Shown here: positions 56,801-64,000 of the stretch, in pieces
Numbering within the stretch: position 1 is the stretch's first letter
Layout: each line of letters starts with the position of its first letter
DNA from: Eledone cirrhosa
Taxonomy: Eukaryota
Assembly (NCBI GenBank): GCA_964016885.1
Contig: OZ024747.1
Location: forward strand, 42,780,001-42,844,000
Length of the DNA: 64,000 nucleotides
Direction of reading: 5' to 3'
Position numbers and translations under genes: made by a program
The notes under the pieces: generated by a model
Seen by the model: the letters and a program-made list of their open reading frames with translations, nothing else
Databases searched by the model: none
What the model was told of the DNA's origin: nothing

Positions 56801-57224
56801 TGTAATGAATTGAAGATAATGTGATATAAAGCCATTGAAATAAACCATCTGGGTCATTTTACAAAATCGAGAGCAAAGAGAAAGATTCAATCTAACAATC
56901 ACCTCTTATATCCAATCTGTTGACTAGTTTTCAAATAATTGACTGGATTAATGTATCATATGAGATATAAACATCAAAACTTAAAATAAATGTAAAACAA
57001 CTAAAAAAGAAAAGAAAACAGCTGCTGCACCCTCATACAAAATCAACAGATGGGGAACTATTCTCTCTATATCATCATCATCGTTTATATATATCATATA
57101 TATTTTGTGTTAGTTAATCTTATTAGTTATTGGTCAACTGACCCTAGTATACGTGGGATTGAACACTCGAAGAAGTATACATATAGGTCTGTGTACAATG
57201 GGGTATTGGTATAACAATGAAATA

Positions 57225-57452
57225 GAAACCAGATTCTGATTTTGGCACAAGGCCAACAATTTTCTTTTGGGGGCGGGGGAGAAAATTGATTAAAATCAAC
57301 CCCAGTGTGTTACTGGTACTTTATTTTATCAACTCCTATAAGGATAAAAGGCAAAGCTAATCTTGTCAGGATTTGAAATCAGAACATAAAGGGCAGTAAC
57401 TCTATGCCACGAAGTATGTTGTCTGACACTCTACAGATACTGCCAATCCAAC
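57225..57452 (-). mobile_element. Nin/Deu-like tRNA SINE copy
   Basis: Reverse complement of the 53890-54093 family (GGTACTTTATTTTATCAAC...AAAGGCAAAG...GGATTTGAA). Confidence 0.75.
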
Positions 57453-57667
57453 CCCACCCCTTTACAGAATATACAATACTGTTTGTTATACAATGGTAGA
57501 CATAAGAATACTCTTGAACTACTCCCAAGCAACAATATCACCATCATAGATTTAGTGTCAACATTTAGCAACAGCTCATGAAAGTAAAAGAAGTAAACAA
57601 GTAGGAAATTATAAGAGAAGCAAAATTTATGCCAGTATAATAAAACAAAGTTGAATTGTATAAGATA

Positions 57668-57920
57668 CCACCACACCACCACCATCTCCCTTCATATCTT
57701 CCTATATAAACCACAACCACCACCACCACTTCCCATATCTCCCCCCCCCCGTATAAACCACACTACCACCTCCCTTTACACCCAATATAAACCCCACCAC
57801 CACCACCTCCCATGTCTCTCCATATAAACCACACCACCACCCATGTCTCTCCATATAAACCACACCACCACCTCCCTTTACACCCCATATAAAACACACC
57901 ACCATCACCATATCTCCTTA
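57668..57920. repeat. C-rich degenerate minisatellite (ATATAAACCACACCACC units)
   Basis: About 7 imperfect ~30-bp units. Confidence 0.75.
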
Positions 57921-58079
57921 TAAACATCACATCACTGTAGCTAATGTTGTTATCATAAAAACAGTTGCATTTCAATGATAAATACATGATGGGTTCGATT
58001 ATAAGATTACATTTTCTTTGGTGCATTCATTCTTTAGTCCGTTTCTTTTGATCCAATCATTTTGTAAATGTAAAGGTGA

Positions 58080-58385
58080 CAACCCGAACCCCCTCCTACC
58101 ACACCTCCCACCACCACCACAATCCCTCTCACCACCACTATCACCAACCCTTCTACCACTATTATCACCATCCCTCACCATCAATAACCCCCCCCCCCCC
58201 CCACAACCACTGCTACCATCACCATCCCTCCCACCACCACCAGCACCATCCCTCCTACCATTATTATCACCATCCCTCCCACCACCACTCTCCCCACTAC
58301 CACCACCACTATCACCATACCACTAAAATATCGCTCTCCCCACTACCACCACCACTGTCACCATCAATATCACCCTCACCCCACC
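58080..58385. repeat. Degenerate (CCA)n/(TCA)n low-complexity tract
   Basis: Direct reading. It is the source of the Pro/His-rich spurious ORFs. Confidence 0.85.
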
Positions 58386-58845
58386 TTTTAATGTGCAAAT
58401 TGTTTTTCTGTAAAGAAAGTGTGAAAGTGTGGCTGTGACTAGTAATTTGTATACGGACAGAATAACAACAGCTATGATGAAAAACAACAAAAAGAAGAAC
58501 ACAGGTTTCAGAAAGTGACAAGATGATGTGATTAGAAGGATGTGGATTTTTATAGCATTGAAGATGTGATTGCATTAAGTTATTATGTCAACGTTGTAAA
58601 CTCACAACAACAAAAAGTTAATAAAAAATACAAAACAAAAATGAATAAAAATGAAATGATCAGTCAGTTATTGGTGACACATTCTGAAAGGTTATGTATT
58701 TAAAGTATAAAGAGGAAAAAGGTGTGGGAGTTCAGCACTATTCATCTGAAGCAAAAAAAAAACATTTTAGAATGCTTAGAATGTTGATGTCCTGAGTGGT
58801 AAAATCTAGTAAATGTAGAGTGGGAGTTGACTGTTTGACAATGAT

Positions 58846-59200
58846 AGTTTCTGATTTAGGTACAATGCCAAGTTTTAAGGGAGGGGAATGCTGATTAAAT
58901 TGACTCCAGTGCATTACTGGTACTTTATTTTATTGACCCCATAAGGCAAAGTTAACCTCGGCATAAAGGGCCATAACTCTATGCCAAAAAGCATGTTGTT
59001 CAATGGTTTCTAATATGGACACAATTACGACAGCTTTAAGGAGAGGGAAAAGTCGATTACACTGACCCCAGTACTTAGCCGGTACTATATTTTATCAACC
59101 CCATAAGTTGATCTTGGTGGGATTTCAACTCAAAACATAAATATTCAAAATAAAAACTAAAGCATCTGTCAGATCTAACAATTTGACCAATCTATTACCT
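58846..59200 (-). mobile_element. Two adjacent degenerate Nin/Deu-like SINE copies
   Basis: Two successive GATTA...GACYCCAGT...GGTACT.TATTTTAT.RACCCCATAAG blocks (~58846-59000 and ~59005-59200). Confidence 0.7.
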
Positions 59201-59209
59201 TATATTTGA

Positions 59210-59827
59210 CTAGTAGTGGTACCTGGCCTTGCACGGGATAAGGTATTTTGGAACGCGGGTCGCCAACAGACCTAATCGGGGAAAAACTGCATGCCTGGAC
59301 AATATGTAAAGAAAATAAACCGAATACTCTGATGGCTGGATAATCTTTAAGATTTTCCTCAATGAAGCAAGAAAAATGCAGGTTTTCACCTATTGAATTT
59401 TTTTTATGTGCATAATATGCCTTGAAATTTCTGGAAAATAAGCTAGACGTAACGCCTCAAAAACGCCCTAAAAAGCTGAAAAAATGAAGTTTTTCACCTA
59501 ATGCGGACCCTAGGATATAAAAAAGTTGGATTTTCTTTGCTCACGGTATGAAGAAGAGACTGACTAATACATAGTTACAATTTCAAAAAAATCGTTCTGA
59601 CGTAACGCCTAAAAAACAACATAAAAAGCTGAAAAAACACAGTTTTTCACCTAATGCGAGCCCTAGGGGATCAAAAAGTGGAATTTTTTATGTGCATAAC
59701 ACTCCCTGAAACATAATACATATGTAAAGTTTGAAAAAAATCGGTTGGGTACTTCGAGTTTTAGGGATTCAAACTCAGACATACACACACACACAGACAC
59801 ACACACACTCTTTATATATATAGAAGA
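59210..59827 (-). mobile_element. Non-autonomous Helitron
   Basis: On the minus strand: A|TCTTCTATATATATAAAG 5' end followed by a GT/GTCT microsatellite, and a 3' CCCGTGCAAGGCCAGG imperfect hairpin followed by CTAG|T. No target duplication. Internal ~150-bp duplication. Confidence 0.8.
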
Positions 59828-60894
59828 TAATAATGCAATGATTGAAAAATATTAAAAAAATAAAAAGGAAGAAAAAATAATAATTTCCAAAATAATTTTC
59901 ATGAAGATGACATGAGGATGAGCAAACTGGCAACATGTCATAATACATAAGACCTGTAAACCTGTACAAGCACTTCAACACAAAAAGTAGATGTAAATGT
60001 AATAGGAGACTGGAGGCTGCAGTGTTGACAATCAAATTGAGGCAATATAAAATTTGAGAGGATGCAACAACATCTTGTGTGTTGGTGCAAAAATAAAACG
60101 CACCTAGTACACTCTGTAAAGTGGTAGTGGGGATGCCACGAAAAAAAAAACACCTAGTACATCCTGTAAGGTGGTGGTTGGCATTAGGAAGGGCATCAAG
60201 CCATAGAAACAATACCATAGAAGCAATGCCATATATGAAATGTATGAGCAAAATGGGCTGATTTGACTCATCTAGTTTTGGAGTGTAACAACCTGTCCAA
60301 CCCACACCAGTGTGGAAAGCAGACATATGATAATGAAGATAATGAGGATGTTGATAATGTCTTTTTAATTAAGTTTCTTTCTTTCTTTTTTATTGCTTCT
60401 CTTATTGTGAAACATTGAAATATTTCATTTTTCCCAGGGGCATTTTTTGTTTCACACTTAATGAGTTTTTCAGTCATAAAACTGCAATACTGAAAACAGT
60501 GCATTTCTCTTCTTGTAAATCTATTTTGATGAATCAATTTCTGTAAAATATATTTAATTAAGATGTATAAATATTTAAAACTGCCATTGAGAGTTCAATA
60601 TTATATTTTTTTCTAATTTTCTTTCAATTTTAATTATCAATCTTAAACAGATTAGCTAAATATCTCTGTCTTGCAAACTTTTCTATATTCTGTATCTACA
60701 AAAAACATTTGAAAAAGTTTGCTGTAATCATAGATTTAAAAACCTGGAGAAAACAACCACCTTGGCTTTTCTGATTACTGTTAGTATATTTCTTAGTAAA
60801 TGTAAAATACATCCTCTCTAGAATACATTACAGAAGATCCCGTTAAGGGTGAAAGCACCAATTCTTTGCTTAAACTTTAATCTGTTATTTTAAT

Positions 60895-61095
60895 AAATAT
60901 ATATATATATATGTATACACATACACACACATATATATACACACACACACATACACACACACACACACACACAGACACACACACACACATATATATGCAT
61001 AGACACACACATATATACATACATATATATATATATATAATTTAAAAAAAGGGTTTGAAAAGTACACTTGGTATATATATATATATATATATAAA
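60895..61095. repeat. (TA)n/(CA)n compound microsatellite
   Basis: Direct reading. Confidence 0.9.
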
Positions 61096-62263
61096 GGATC
61101 TTTATAACACGTATAAAAAATTGATGTTAGCAAAGCCTGCTTTCTCCGTTTTGGATCTTCAAAACATTTGTTATTAGGTTAAATTGTTTTTTCTTTAAAA
61201 CTCCTGCATACTGATTTTCAAGCACATCAGTTTGTGTTGCTTTTGTCCTTGTTAAAGTAAGGACAGCAAGGTTGAACAACTTCAATATTTGATTGATATT
61301 TATTTTAGTGAACCCAGAAGGGTGAATGTTAAAGTGGGTTTGAACTAGGACCATAAAGGGACATAACTCGAAACCAGGCTTTGTTCCACGCTCTTATTCC
61401 ACCAACCAATACCAGCAGCTTTGAATTATTTGGTTTATATGATGATACATTAAGTTCTTGGGAACCAAATCAACAAGCTAGTTTGCATTATCAGTTGAAA
61501 ATGAACCTGCATTTTAATGAATGGATATCACATTCTATTAAATCAAATTTTTATAATTTATAAAACATACACATCCAAGATGGGTGGAATCATTGCATCT
61601 ATAGCCAAACAGAATAAACTACAACCAGATGCTCTTTCTGGCAACAACTCTTTAGTTGCCTCTAAGACAGTCAGGAATATGGTGTGTCTATTCCAAATTG
61701 ACATATTGGCAGAAAAAAAGTGATAGCGAAAGCCTGTCGCAAGCCATCAAGCTCATCGGGTTGGTGTTTAGTTTCATTTTTCATCATTAAGCAACTGAGA
61801 GTACTAAACTTCTCCTCTGGACAGGACTACATTTTTCAGCCTGCGACATTTAAGACATTCAAGGGAACTAGGCTACTGATAAAGTTTGGTCATTATTAGT
61901 GACTCACTGTACTGAAGAATCAGACGATGCTCATAAGGGTGCTTGGTTAGGATATGACTATTCCAGCACTTTAGCTCCAGGAGTCTTTTGGGTCTGCCTC
62001 ATTGTTTCTCTTTTTTACTGATTTGTTTCTTTTGTATATCAATCACAGTCTTAAAGGGAAAGCAAGCAAATGGGAAACTGTGACATGAAAATTTCATCCA
62101 TTGTAAAGAGAATGAAATACCAGGTGGAGACTGTTAATTAGCAAAATAAACTTGGGAAAGCAAAGTCATATGCATTTCTCAAGGGCATATGAAATGATTG
62201 TTGTAAACTTCAAACTCAGAACCATGTGTGCTCAATAGTCTAAGCTGAAACGAGGATCTATAC

Positions 62264-62397
62264 CAGTCAATGACAAACTGTAGCCTGTGGTCCACATGCA
62301 GCCCATAAGGCTTTCTGAATGGCACATCTAATGCAGCCTGCCATATGATGAGTCATATCTCATGTGGCCCATTGCTCAAAAATGTTGCCCATTCTTA
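62264..62397. mobile_element. Degenerate hAT (Charlie/MER58-like) MITE
   Basis: CAG..AATGACAAACTGTAGCCTGTGGTCCACATGCAGCCC left end and GTGGCCC...AAAAATGTTGCCCATTC right end look like CpG-decayed hAT termini. Confidence 0.5.
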
Positions 62398-63376
62398 ATC
62401 TTTGCTATGGTGTGTATTTGAAAACCTATTCAACCTACACTAAGTCAGTAAGGTAACATAATTCTGTACTTAGTGCATACTAAAACACTTGTAGGCTTGC
62501 TTAATCAAATCAGAGAGTTAATTCTTATGCATTCAGAACAAAATGGATCAATTGCAAATTAGCAGAAAAAATATACATTCAGCAGTATTTGCTTTGGAGG
62601 GAGAAAACCGTGTATAGAATAAACTCAGTATTTATTTTATGAAGCCATAAAACTTCGTTTATTTGTGCAGAATGTGTGTACTCCAACGGGACAAAATAGA
62701 ATCTATATAACATTTCTGAAGCTGTGTATAATTGGCTGTTGTTTCATAATAATAATAATAATAATAATGGTTTCTTTCTTTATTTTTTTTATTATTTATT
62801 TATTTATTGTTTAAATAATAATAATAACAATAATAATAATGTTGATAATAAAAAAAGTGTCAATAGCAAATAATAATAATTATAATATTTTGCACAAAAG
62901 TTATTGTACAGAAAAATGGAACAAATTCAGTGTGTAGTAACGCTAGTTTGACAAAAGTAATAATAATTTCTTTATTTGCCACTGGGGCATAACAAATAAA
63001 CATTACAGTACATACACTATAACATAAAACTATAAAGTTACATAGAATAGAGATAAATACACACAGAAATTTGGTGTGTCACACACATTGTCACAACAGG
63101 TGTGTGTGTGTGTGTGTGTATTTTTATATATATTATGATAATCAATGTTGATTCATCCAGTGTCGATTCATCCAACAATGGTATAATCAGGCAGAAGCAC
63201 TCAATGTCATGGATGGCACAAGGTATTACATATCAGAAGAAGTAGGCATGTCGGAGGACATGGGAATAGAAACTACAATGGAATAGAAACTACAAGAGTA
63301 GCAGATGGTGGAAGTAGGTCAGTATGTTAAAAGTAGTCAGGCTATTCAATCTATGGTCAATCATTCTGGTTCTTAA

Positions 63377-63586
63377 CCCTTTAGCATTCACATTACTCTA
63401 TATATACTATTATATTTTCATGGTAAAGGCTTTATCTCACATAATTATCTCACGTAATATCGAATCTATGAGATTTTGAAAGTATTTATTTTGAGAAGAA
63501 TACCTTAACATCAGTTTGAGTGACCAGTTACAGCCAGTTTCAACAGAAAAAGGTAGAGAATTCTGGCCGGTTTGACCATTAAAGGG
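63377..63586 (+). mobile_element. piggyBac-type MITE, copy 6
   Basis: TTAA|CCCTTTAGCATT...TTAAAGGG|TTAA. Closest to copy 2. Confidence 0.88.
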
Positions 63587-63934
63587 TTAAAGGGCTATAA
63601 AACAGTTTGTTAATCTATTTAATATCTTTATCGGTTAGCCTCCAGTTGATGGCAATGTTCATCCTACCCCTATCACTAGAAGTAACTCAGACTGCGTAAA
63701 TGTGTATATAAATTTACACACGTGTACATACCAAATATACGCACTCCAAGTTGAAAAAATGCTAAACATCTTTAACTTGTTTTCAAACTTAGGCGGGCTT
63801 TCATCAGAAATCATGTATATCATTTAAATAACCAGAAGGAAATATGTAACCAAGGGCTTATATACCCTACCACTTATAGTAGTATCCTGAAATGGACATA
63901 CTAATAAGCACTCATTTTGATAGTTTATTATATG

Positions 63935-63970
<36 letters not shown>

Positions 63971-64000
63971 AGTACACACACACACATTTTAAGGAGAAGA

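Noticed and set aside
57999-58438. Pro-, His- and Gly-rich ORFs
   Set aside because: They arise from a degenerate (CCA)n tract with no splice or domain evidence.
61127-62030. Short ORFs in non-repetitive sequence as host exons
   Set aside because: No recognisable domain or consistent splice sites. A degraded pseudogene or TE cannot be excluded without a search.

Overview
Eukaryotic, AT-rich, repeat-dominated DNA. The repeat repertoire resembles a coleoid cephalopod such as Octopus; this is inference from SINE/LINE motifs, not a database result. Bases 1-37199 are one uninterrupted array of a 23-bp satellite (ATGATGTGACAATAGTAACTGTC, about 1,600 copies) with nested higher-order duplications. 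It ends in a short 35-bp variant array. The remaining ~27 kb is a mosaic of transposable elements: a young 5'-truncated RTE-clade LINE whose reverse transcriptase carries an embedded C4HC3 PHD finger (plus older copies), tRNA-derived SINEs sharing the LINE 3' tail, Nin/Deu-like SINEs, six piggyBac-type MITEs, two long fold-back elements, a non-autonomous Helitron, and Tc1/pogo and hAT remnants. The most notable signal is a type I hammerhead ribozyme fold (47059-47140) just downstream of three 33-bp repeats carrying octamer motifs, a candidate retrozyme/Penelope-like module. A triple-CCAAT, CpG-rich promoter candidate with a splice donor lies at ~43.2-43.4 kb. No host protein-coding exon could be identified with confidence, and most ORFs in the track are microsatellite or antisense-TE artefacts.
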